A stretch of DNA of 64,000 nucleotides, from contig CBFDEM010000013.1 of NCBI GenBank assembly GCA_965603825.1, forward strand, positions 496,001 through 560,000, read 5' to 3'. This document shows positions 37,568 through 49,842 of this stretch, piece by piece. Under the pieces are notes generated by a model. It did no database searches. It was given only the letters and a program-made list of their open reading frames with translations, and was not told the origin of the DNA. This stretch comes from Blepharisma stoltei ATCC 30299. Its lineage: Eukaryota > Protista > Ciliophora. Within the stretch, counting starts at the first letter, position 1, and each line of letters opens with the position of its first letter. The position numbers and the translations under genes were made by a program.

Positions 37568-37766
37568 GAAAATTAATTTATATTATTGCATCTCAATTGA
37601 TTGATATATATTTTTAAAATGACAGATACTTTAATTTGAATATATGATTTCTTGCTTAAATTGTATTTAATTATTATAGATTTATAATCCTTATCAAAGG
37701 ATTTTTAAATCAATAGCAATAATTTTTATAAATAAAATTTAGAAAATATCTTGTCTGTTTAAATAA

Positions 37767-39047
37767 TTATAAAATTTTCAGCAATTTCAATTGATTTGTC
37801 TTCAAATCGAATTTGATCAATTTCATATTAGTAGTAATAAAATAAAAGCTTTCATTCCGAAATAAATTATAAGAATGACGAGGCCAGCTGCCATTGAGCA
37901 TATTTGCACTTCCAATAGGTTTCCATGAATTGATATTATTTACCCCACTCTCATAATAATTTGCCCCATACTCAATTATATAGCACCTGCTATCGGTTGC
38001 TAGGCAAGTTTTTCCCTTTAACTTATGCAATTCAATAGGAATATTAGAAAAGCTATCATTAACTATATTGTAACCCAAAACTACATTGGAATCAGAACCT
38101 GCAATTATTATATTCCCATTAAAATGCGCACAAGAAATGAATAAGTTATTCGCCACTGGATACTGAGCAAGTGCTTTTCAATTTTCTGATTTTAATGAAA
38201 ATTTTGCTGAAATATTACTTTGGCCCCCAAACATATACACAAAATCATTGACTGCTACAAGACCAGATTCATGGCTATATTTAGAAGAATCCAAAGGTTT
38301 CACAATGTTTGCTGGAGTTATAATATAAGTGCTTGCTCCACAGCAACAAAATAAAGAGCCATCATTTAGCAAACAAGTAGGATCCCATAAACACCAATTT
38401 GCATTGCATATTTCACCTAATGATAAAACATCAAGCGAGTCGACGTCTACGCTATGCATAACAGACAAATTTTCTTTGAAATATTTTATAACAGGCTTCA
38501 AAATCCCAAAATTTTTTACGTCAAATGCATTCCCAAAATCTTTAACTACAAAAATATTTTCGAAATTGTTTTTTAAATGCTCGTTATGAATTTGAATGAT
38601 GGAATCTTTTGAAATTTTAAGGTATTTTGCGTCTTCTACTGGCAATTTTAATAGAGCTTCAACAAAGCTTTTACTATTTAAATTACTACTTCCCTGCATG
38701 CCAGAACAAATGTCTATACATTCGCTTATTGATTTTTCTAAGCCTATAAGTTTTTCTATTGATGTAGAAGCTGCTTCATTTATTTGCTTTATCAACCATG
38801 ATGATTCTTGAATAATTAGTAGTTTATCATGCTTTATTTGACTTTTTAAGCTTTTCAAAAAATGCGAAATTAGGCTATGTGACTGGGAATTTTGAATTGA
38901 GGCGATTCTGGCGAAATAATGATTTCCATCTGACTCTAAATGTATTCCAGAATGATACTGGCAAAAGGGCAACTTCATATTCTTGCAATTGCATACATAA
39001 ATCGGTTTGTTCTCGCAGTTCATACAGCAAGTCAAAAATTCTTCCAT
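37767..39047 (-). CDS. Zn-ribbon/B-box-like + kelch-like protein (~426 aa)
   Basis: CCMNCENKPIYVCNC..FCQYHSGIH; TCLLNDGSLFC; VYMFGG; joined through TGA 38178; tandem paralog of 36254-37567. Confidence 0.85.
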
Positions 39048-39532
39048 TTATACCTTTAAAAACAATTCTATAAATTTCGAATTTCATATTTAATGCATAC
39101 TCTAGTCAAAGCTAATCATTTTTTAGATTAAAAGCAATAATTTCTGGGATATGCTTATATATCGAGCTCTTTACTTCGTCTGCTACCAAATTTCCTCTTT
39201 CAATTCGTTTTTTCCTGTCATGTAAAGGCTAATGTTGAATGTCCTTATCACTCTATATTAATCACTCTTTTAGCTTTAGTTTATTTCATATCAAGCTTAG
39301 ATTAAAGTTCATGTTTTTAAATATAAAAAAACCTTGCTATCAATCTTAATTCATCTATAAAAACTTGCATGCACAGGTTCCTGGATTTTCTCATAATCTA
39401 AATGAATTCTTCTTAAAATTTCTGCAGTATTGTTTTATTTTATATTTTCTATATATGGAGTGAAAGCTTTCTATTTCTTCAACCATTTAATGTACTTTTT
39501 AAGGTTAGGGTTATATTATGAAATTATACACA

Positions 39533-42500
39533 TTATTTATTATTGTTAGATGAAGATGGCGCAATTTTTGAAGATCTTCTCATCCTGTTAAACTCATCCG
39601 CGCTCACTCTGGATCTATTTCCAAACTGAAAAGCAAATCTAAAGAGTGTGCTTGTGTCTTTTCCTTTTTTTCTAAATAATAAGCTTGGATATTTTTTCCT
39701 TTGGACATAAACCCCGACAGATATAATAATAGCCCATCCACATATCACTAAGGCAATCCATGGAAAATTACTATTGTTCGTTAAAATATCTATTGTTGTC
39801 AAAAACCCTAACCACATAACCCCAATGATACTAACTCCTTGCCATCAGCTAAATCTTGGATAATTATATGGTTTATTTTTGAATATAAATATTACATAGA
39901 TGAGTAATACCAGTAAAAATAAAAAGCCATGTGTAGCTGCTTCAGCTCTTTTTACAGTTTTATTCATCACAATTAAAGTAATTTGAATTATAGTTTTTGC
40001 CATGAGAAACAAAGGCAAAGTCTTTACATGTAAAACTGATTGAAATTCCTGTCATAGAGGTCTACAAAACACAGCCAACGGCTCATAAGTTAAAATAGCA
40101 ATTCCTGATAAAATCGCGTAAATTACATGATCTCCTTTTCAACAAAATTGATAGCAATCTTTAGATAGAAAAGAGTCAGTAAAATGATTTCCTATCGACT
40201 CATCACACACAAATACATCTAACAGCACAGAAACAAAAGGAATAAAACATAAATTTCCTAAAATAGGCATTAAGAGATCTGCAAGCTGGCCTAAAAATCT
40301 AAAAATAGAGACATGACTATATTTTTCATCAAGCCTATAAAACACAGTAATGCACAATACTACCCAAGTTACCGAGAGTCCTAAAATTGCATCACAGATC
40401 CCTCAAAATACACCATTAGACAATTTCACAAAGTTTCCCAGATCCAGAGAAAGCGCTTCTCCAATACTTGATAAAAAGCTATTAAAAGACCGATAATCAG
40501 GCCCCATAGATGCAAATTGGAAAAATTCAACAGCAATAGTAGCGCCTACAATAAAATCTTGGGAAGAAATTTCTTTTCGTTCTTTTAATTCACCAATTTC
40601 TACATTCCATCATTTTTTCCATATATAAAAAGTGATGATACTTGTGACAAAAGCTATGGAAAAACATATCCCAAAAACAAGATATCGGCCATCGTAAAAA
40701 GTACGGATCTTAGAGTCAGGGAAAGGACAATTTCCGTTTTGATTTCTTAAGTCAGGTGGCTTTATGATAGTATATTGATTATCATAGAAAAAAGGGTTCT
40801 CGAATGTTAAATAGCGAGTATTGGAAGGAGTGTACAATCCTATATGATAGACCACCAGGCTATTGTTTATAACTTGATTGCTATCAATGCTCATAGAATC
40901 CATTTCTCTATCATTGCTGCCTTGAGAAATAGCTAATGTTCCAGAACACCCTGAAATCTTGATATTTCTGATAGTATAATTAAGCTTATAGCCATCAGTA
41001 TAGTCTTGGCCTCTATTTATCATGAAATCTAAAGCATTTGCAATTAGAAACGCTGAATCGAAAAAATTGCATGAAAGATCGCTCGGGGTAGTCTGATAAT
41101 CATTTTTGAGATTATTATAAATACTTTTCCCTAATGCTCCCATTCAAACTGGACTTTGGAAAACAAGCATAGGACAGCCAATTGCAAGTCTTTTATGTCT
41201 ATACGCATCATCTTTAGCTCCTATATCAATAAGAGCAGCGGAAATTGCAGAGAAAAAAATTAAATCTCCATTTCTGGCTCCTAAATCGTAAAATTTTTCT
41301 AATGTGTACCCTAATAAATCATCATACATAAATTCTACTACAAGTCTTGCATTAGAGTCTAAAATTCCTTGCAAAACATATGAATAATTACCTATATTAT
41401 CTCTAGTAAGACCTGGAGGTATAGCTCTATACTCATTCGGATTTACGATAGTAAGTCCAGCATTATCTGCTACTTCCTTTAATGCCAAATAAGATGAAAT
41501 TCCCCACGTCTCGTTTTGATATAAAATTGCAAAACTTTTCCAGCCCAAAGCTTTTAATAGATTTGGCATTTGGGATGCTAAATTTGAATCAGAAACTTGG
41601 ACTCTCGAAAATCATGGATAAACTGAAGTTGAGTTTAATGCTGAAGATGATGTAGCAGATCCAACAACAGGAACTGTTAGATTAAGCAATTTAAAGGTAT
41701 TAAGGGTTGCCATAGTGACTCCTGATGTGTATGAAGATACAGCCCCTAATCCGAATTTGTCAATATCTTTTAAAAAGCAGCTGTAACCATAAGTAGGATC
41801 ATAAAAAGTGGATCCACAGTCATATACGAATAAGCTCATTTGAAAATTTTCAAGAATTCCTAAACCTTCATTAATCATTTTGATTGCCATTGAAGTCCCT
41901 CTAGCATATATAGGAAGAGTGGCAAATGATGCTTTGCCATAATTTGTCGTTCCAGCATTTATACTGATAGGTAGAGTTTTCTTTTCAGAAACAGGAGGAG
42001 TGGTTGTATTTCCCGTAAAAATTATTTTTTGAGTTATAGAAATACTAGAAGAAGTTAGCTTTCCCACAATCGTTCTTGATCCATCAAAATAATTTACCAA
42101 TGAAAATGAATTCCCACAAAAATTGTAAGGACAAATTTTTTCCATAGTATTTTTTATCTGAAAATCATTGTCTATATATTCTTCAAGAGCTGCCAAAATA
42201 TATAAAACTGCATTCGAAATATAGGCTTCTTTTGAATCAGTATATTCTTGATTTTCTTCAGTAATTAGGAGGCTTCCATCAATTACTGTCTTATAATAGC
42301 TTTCTTTTCCAAGCACAATCCCACTACCTAGTTTTGTTAGTTTTTTTGTAATAAGAGTTTGCTGAATGAATGCGGTATCTTCGGCGTCGCTAAAAACATA
42401 GTACAATGTCGCACCGAGCGGCATAGCTATTCTGCCTATAATATCGTTTATGTTTGAATTTGGCTCAATCGTAACGCTTTTGAAATACTCCGAAAAGTCC

Positions 42501-42961
42501 ATCAGATAATCAACAATAAACGTATTTTCATTTGAGTTGAAAATGATACCTTGGGTTCAATTAAAATGGCTAAATAGCACATTTAAAGCATTAAGATATC
42601 CAGGTCTAGATGAAGAACCTGAAAAAGTTCAATCTGTGAAATAATTTAAAGAGTCATCGATCACAAGATGAACCGTTTTTAGATCTCCACATAAGTGTGA
42701 TAAGTAATAATGATATGCAACATTTTCTGTTAAATCTATCAAAATTTTAGGGCTGTCAAGTTCATTCAGTAAAATAACTATTCCTTCCAAACTTGTAGCC
42801 GAGTAGTAATCGTAAGATGAAAAAACATGGTTTTCTGTAAGTAGATTTAAAGCTGAATTTGAAGTAGTGTCATTTACAAAAAGAACCAAATTTAAAGCTT
42901 GAGCAAAAGGAAATAAAAAGATGATTACAAGTTCCAGGTAAAAAGTGATGAAATCTGTCAT
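39533..42961 (-). CDS. Receptor-like protein A: signal peptide, Venus-flytrap (ANF-receptor type) domains, ~9 TM (~1142 aa)
   Basis: Six listed ORFs are one frame via TGA=W; SATSSSALNSTSVYPWFSR, LLKALGWKSFAILYQNETWG, FFDSAFLIANAL, ISGCSG are ANF-receptor-like; hydrophobic C-terminal third. Confidence 0.88.
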
Positions 42962-43109
42962 AATTATTTTTTATATTATGGCTAATAGAGATAAAAAATG
43001 CTCTGCATAAGTGAATTACCCAGTCAGAATTTTAATATTGATTATAGTAATTATTGTTTATTGAAATTACTTATTCTTTATTAAATTTTTAACTAACTGG
43101 ATTTTTTGG

Positions 43110-43216
43110 AGCTCTTCATAAGAAGCTCTGAAACGGATTTCAAATTAAATCCCACAGAACATACTGAATGGAAATCAAGATTAATTTTTTTTTAGAGCTT
43201 TCTTTATGAAGCAGCT
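43110..43216. repeat. Imperfect inverted repeat upstream of receptor A
   Basis: AGCTCTTCATAAGAAGCTCT (43110-43129) vs AGAGCTTTCTTTATGAAGCAGCT (43194-43216). Confidence 0.5.
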
Positions 43217-43929
43217 GAATTAGGGGATATTATACTTAGTTAAGTATTTAATAAAAAAAAGTAAATGAAAGAGCTTGAAATTTTAATAATAAATATTGAG
43301 AGTAGTATTTATATAGAGATTTAGTTTTATTAATATATGATTAAGTTGTTTTACTCATAAAAATGCAAAAAAATTATATATTTTACATATTTTAACGAAA
43401 TATTAAAAAGAAGCTGCGCAGTTTATATTTAAAACCTAACTCTTTTTGCAGGCTTGTGTATGAATTTATTTTAACTGCTAAATGGAATTGAAACATTAAT
43501 TTGGTCAACATTTTGTTTTATCACTTCATCATCCCATGATAAAACAATTTTTGCTCCTTAGAAAGGGATAATACTTTTTGAAAGAATTCGCTATATATAT
43601 TCTAATAAACAGTTTTTAGAAGTCTTTATTATCAGCAGGAATTTCTTTATATTTTTAGTTTAATTTAAAAAATTTACATTGAGCATTATTTCTATAAATT
43701 CAGATATTATTTATATAATAGTTTTATTTCTTGTAATTTTACAGTTCATCATGCATAAGTACTTGCATGCATATTTTAGCCTTTAACCATGCTTATAAAA
43801 TAATAGTTATTTCTTAATAATTTGCTTAATTACTCTTTCCATTTAAACAAAATTAAATCGCTATAAGATAAAAACGCTGAATAAATTTATATATTTATTA
43901 TTATCACTGATAACGTAAAAACGAACATT

Positions 43930-46900
43930 TTAGTTATTTACAGTAAGTGTCGATGGCATAACTTTTGAAGTTGAAAATTTATTTAGCTCTTTTGCCCTTA
44001 ATTTTGAGCTATTTCCAAATTGAAAAGCAAATTTAAAGAGTGTGCTTGTGTCTTTTCCTTTTTTTCTGAATAACAAGCTCGGATACTTCTTCTTTTGCAC
44101 GTAAACTCCGACAGATACAATAATAACTCATCCACCAATAACTAATGCTATCCAAGGAAAGCTTTTACTTTTAACTAAAATGTCTATTGTTGTCATAAGC
44201 CCAAGTCAAATAACGCCAATAATGCTGACTCCTTGCCATCAGCTAAATCTTGGGTAATTATATGGTTTATTTTTGAATATAAATATTACATAAATGAGCA
44301 ATACCAGTAAAAATAAAAAGCCATGTGTAGCTGCTTCAGCTCTTTTTACAGTTTTATTCATCACAATTAAAGTAATTTGAATTATAGTTTTTGCCATGAG
44401 AAACAAAGGCAAAGTCTTTACATGTAAAACTGATTGAAATTCCTGCCACAGAGGTCTACAAAACACAGCCAACGGCTCATAAGTTAAAATAGCAATGCCT
44501 GATAAAATCGCATAAATTACATGATCACCTTTTCAGCAAAATTGATAGCAATCTTTAGATAGAAAAGAGTCAGTAAAATGATTTCCTATCGACTCATCAC
44601 ACACAAATACATCTAACAGCACAGAAACAAAAGGAATAAAACATAAATTTCCCAAAATTGGCATCAAGTAATCAGCTAGCTGTCCTAAAGTTCTAAATAT
44701 AAACACATGATTATATTTTTCATCAAGCCTATAAAACACTGTAATGCATAGAATTATCCAAGCCATTGATAATGCTAATATTACATCGCAAATAGCCCAG
44801 AAGACCCCGTTTGACAATTTCACAAAATTTCCTAAATCTAGTGAAAGAGTTTCCCCAATTCCTGACAAGAAGCTATTAATAGAACCATAGTCAGGCCCCA
44901 TAGATGAAAATTGAAAAAATTCAATAGCGATTGTAGCTCCTACAATAAAATCTTGCAGAGAAATTTCTTCTTTTGCTTTCATGTCTTCTATTTTCACATT
45001 CCATCATCTTTTCCATATATAAAAAGTGATAATACTTGTAACCAAGGCTATGGAAAAACATATCCCAAATACAAGGTATCTACCATCATAAAATGTTCGG
45101 ATTTCCGAGTCAGGAAAGGGGCAATTACCATTTTGGTTTCGCAAATCTGATGGCTTTATGGTGGTGTTTTGATTATCATAGTAAAATGGTTGAGAGATAC
45201 TTAAGTATTGTGTACTGTAAGGACTATATAAGCCTATGTGGTAGACTACAAGATTATTATTTATAATTTGATTGCTATCGATGCTCATAGAATCCATTTC
45301 TCTATCATTGCTACCTTGAGAAATAGCTAATGTTCCAGAGCATCCTGTAATTTTTATATTCCGAATAGTGTAATTGAGTTTATATCCATCAGTATAGTCT
45401 TGGCCTCTATTTATCATGAAATCTAAAGCATTTGCAATTAGAAACGCTGAATCGAAAAAATTACATGAAAGATCGCTCGGGGTAGTCTGATAATCATTTT
45501 TGAGATTATTATAAATACTTTTTCCTAATGTTCCCATTCAAACTGGACTTTGGAAAACAAGCATCGGACAGCCAATTGCAAGTCTTTTATACCTATATGT
45601 ATCATTTTTAGCTCCTATATCAATGAGCGCTGCGGATATTGCAGAGAAAAAAATTAAATCTCCATTCCTGGCTCCTAAATCATAAAATTTTTCTAATGTG
45701 TAGCCTAATAAATCATCATACATAAATTCTACCACAAGTCTTGCATTAGAATCTAAAATCCCCTGCAAGACATATGAATAATTACCAATCCCATCTCTGT
45801 TCAGTCCTGGAGGTATTACTGCTGTATATACGATTGTAAGTCCAGCATCATCTGCTACTTCCTTTAATGCCAAATAAGATGAAGTTCCCCACGTTTCATT
45901 TTGATATAAAACTGCGAAGCTTTGCCAGCCTAAAGCCTTTAATAGATTTGGCATTTGGGATGCTAAATTTGAGTCAGAAACTTGGGCTCTTGAAAACCAT
46001 GGATAGACTGAAGTTGAGTTTAATGCTGAAGATGACGTCACAGCCCCTACGATTGGAACTGAAATATTTAGCAGCTTAAAAGTTTTAAGACTTCCCATAG
46101 TGACTCCTGATGTATATGAAGATACAGCTCCCAAGCCGAATTTGTCAATATCTTTTAAAAAACAGTTATAGCCATAAGTAGAGTCATAAAAAGTAGCGCC
46201 ACAATCATATACGAATAAACTCATTTTAAAGTTTTCAATGATTCCTAAGCCTTCATTAATCATTTTGATTGCCATTGAAGTCCCTCTGGCATATATAGGA
46301 AGAGTGGCAAATGACGCTTGGCCATAATTTGTCGTTCCAGCATTTATACTGATAGGTAGAGTTTTCTTTTCAGAAACAGGAGGAGTAGTTGTATTCCCTG
46401 GAAAAAATATTTTTTGAGATATAGAAATACTAGAAGAAGTAAAATTTCCTACAATAGTTCTTAATTCCTTTTGAAAGTTTACCAAAGAAAAGGTATTTTG
46501 ACAAAAATGGTTAAAACATGATTTTTCTAAAGCCTTTTTGACTTGATAAGAACTATCAATAGATGACAATGAAGCATCAATTATGGAAATAATCTGCAAT
46601 ATTGCATTAGAAATGTAAATTTCTTTAGAAATAGCACTCTCTTGGCCTATTTCAGAAATTATAAGACTTCCATCAATTATCGCATCAAAATAGCTCTCTT
46701 TGCCTAAAATAATTCCATTCCCAATGGCATCAAGATTTTTTTCAATAAGAGCTTCCTGTATTGCAGAGCTGTCTACTTCATCGCCAAAAATATAATACAT
46801 TGTGGAGCCTAATGGCACAGCTATTCTACCTACAATGTCTATTATATTTGAATTTGGCTCAATTATCACACTTTTGAAGTCTTTTGAAAAATTTAACAAA

Positions 46901-47352
46901 TAATCCTTGATATAGGAATTCTGATTAGAATTGAATATTATTCCTTGGCTTCAATTAAAATAGCCAAATAAATTTTTTAACGCTTCCAAATAATGTGCCC
47001 TTGAAGATGACCCAGAAAAAGTTCAGTCCGCCAAATAATCCAAGTTATCTTCAACGATTAAATGAATAGTCTTTTGTTTTTCACATAATTGTGATAAATA
47101 ATAATGATTAACAACATCATTGGCTAGATCAATCAAAATTTTTGGGTCTTCCAAAGAATCCAGTAGGGACGATACTTCTTCAATATTTGTGGCTGAATAT
47201 TGGTCATATGAAAACAATGATTGATTTTCCTGGAGAATTTTAAAAGCAGCTGCTGAAGTAGTGTCATTGTGAAAAAGAATTAAATTTAATGTTTCAGCAA
47301 GAGAGATAGAAAGCATCACCATAAACCATAGGCAAGCCTTAATGGCGTTCAT
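43930..47352 (-). CDS. Receptor-like protein B, tandem paralog of A (~1140 aa)
   Basis: ATG 47352 with signal peptide; continuous frame via TGA=W to TAA 43930-43932; colinear with A. Confidence 0.88.
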
Positions 47353-48115
47353 ATTGTTTATATTTACGCTCTTAATCAAAATATTTTTAAATAAGAGATT
47401 CTATAATTAAGATTATTAACAGGTAAAAAATTATCCGCTTAAGTTAAAACTGGTTTCATTAATTTTTTAAGACTTTTTTATTTAGTCGATTTAATTAATT
47501 GTGCTACTTTTGAACGAAATAACTGTAATAACCGACGCTGTAGAGATTATTACTATTAATTTACTTTAATTTCATTCATTGAACTTTATGTTTTTAAATA
47601 TGTGTGCTGATTTCTAAAACGAAAGCGTCTTATTTATAAGGTCCTTTTATTATCGCATTTAATAAATTAATAAATTAATTTTAATTAATTAAGCTAAGAA
47701 ATGCAGGTTTTTTTTAAAATGGACTAATCTTGATTTCCAAATTGTTTAATTATCACTGATTAAATTAATTACTTGAATTGCTGTATGATAATTTTGCATT
47801 TCAATCATTCATGATTGAATTTCATTCAATAGGCGGATTCAATTATTTTTTAATTTTTAAAGTATTCATAGCGATACTCCATAATTTTGACCAGCAAGAA
47901 ATTTTGAGGGCTATAAGCACACTAGTTTTATTAATCTCAATAATTTTCACAAAATGAAATGTTTTTGAGCTAAATTAAATAATAATCCTTTTATTGCAAG
48001 CTTGCAAAAATGGCAAGCGATATCAATTTTATGAAATTAAATACATTTTCCGATAAATTTAAAGTAAAAATCACCTTATAATTTACATAATATAAAATAA
48101 ATCATTTTAAAAATA

Positions 48116-49831
48116 TTATGATATTTTCTCCATAAATCGCTCTGATTTTGCTCTTATCATTGTTTTAAGCATCTCAATAGCTTTATCTTTATCTTGAATT
48201 ATTTTTGTTGAATATTTTTTGGTATCAGCTTCAACATTTTTCATTTTATCCTTCGTTGTTTCTATTTCTGCCTTCAAATTTTCTATATCTTTTTCGAGCT
48301 TCAATACTACTTTGTTTTTCTTTGCAATTTCTGTGTCTCTTTTGAATAATTCTTCCCTAAGAGTAGATAAATGAGCAATCGCCTCTTTTAAACGGTTTTC
48401 TCTTATAGTTAATTGCCCTTCGCTAGATTTTCTATCATTCAATAAATATTGCAATTTTGATTTCAATGAAGCAATTTTTTCAATCAGTTCTTCTTCTTTC
48501 GCAGAAGAATCCTTCAATCTTTTCTGTAAAACATCAATTCTTTCTGTCAGTGTATTTGCTTTTGCTATAGCTTTTGTAGATTCAACTTCTTTTTTCATTG
48601 CTTCATTTCTCATGTGTTCCATCTTATCCTTAATTTGTTCTGTTAATTTTTTAATTGAATCAGATTTCACGGAATATAATTTAATATTTTCTGCATACAT
48701 TTCTTGATGCTTATTCATCATGTCTTTTAGTGATTCTATTTGAGTTCTATAAGCATTTTCTTGTGCTTCAGCTTTTTTCACTTGAATTTTTGCAGCTTTA
48801 AGCTCCTGCTCTAAAGTTGCCATCACATTTTTTACAGAATGTTCATCGATCATATCATTTTTCAAATTTTTTCTTATTTTATTCAGTCCATGCTTTATTT
48901 CAGCTACCCCAGCCCTTAGACTCTGCAAAAACCCTCCAATTTCAGGCGAATTTCCTCCTATTTCTTGAGCTTTTTCCTTGATGTTTTCTTCAATCTCCTT
49001 TATTTTTTTCTTATAATCTTCAATATTATTAAAAATGTTTTCGTTTTCTTCTTTTTTTCTCCTTGCTTCTTCTTCATATTGCTTTACCTCATCTTCTAAA
49101 ACAGATACAGAATCTGCCTTGATTTTGGCTTCTGCATATAATTTTTGCAAATTTTCCATATCTGGGATCATCTTGTCTACTTTTCCTGTGAGCTCACGAT
49201 TTAGCTCGCTCATCTGTCTGACAACGACTGATAATTGCTTTATATCGTCTTTGACCTCATTTAATTCTTTTTCTTTCATATTAAGCTTTGTTTTCAAACC
49301 TTCATTTTCTTCTAAAATTTCATTTTGCTTTGATATTAAATATTCTTTTTCTTCTTTCCATGCATTTTCTTTTTTTTCATGTTCAGCCATTTCCTGATTG
49401 CAATGTTCTTCCTGATCAACTTGAACTTGCTTCAAATCTGAGAGTTCTTTTTGCAGTTTTTTGTGCTGTTCTGTTATTTCCAACTCATTTTTTTTGCTGT
49501 CTTTAATAATCTTTAATGAAGCTCTTAAGGCTAAAATTGTCTTATTCATTTCATTGATTTGTCGATCTCTTACTAAAATTTGATCACGGAGTTCAGCATC
49601 AATATCATTGATTCTTGGGTCTAAAAGCTCCAAAATTCGTTTTTTTGACGAAATTTCGTTTTCGAGATCAGCAGTTTCAGGTCTCATTCAAAGCCAAAAC
49701 TCTTCTTCTTTGTTTATCGGTTTTTTTGGTGGAGACGGATTATGAGATTTACTAGTAGCCGCTTTTTTGGGATTTTTCGGAGATATGACAGCTGATAGCG
49801 AAGTCTGTGCTTTGGCTCTATTAGATTTCAT
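48116..49831 (-). CDS. Coiled-coil protein (~571 aa)
   Basis: ORF extends upstream through TGA 49688-49690 to ATG 49831; heptad-rich E/K composition. Confidence 0.8.
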
Positions 49832-49842
49832 ATTTATTTACC

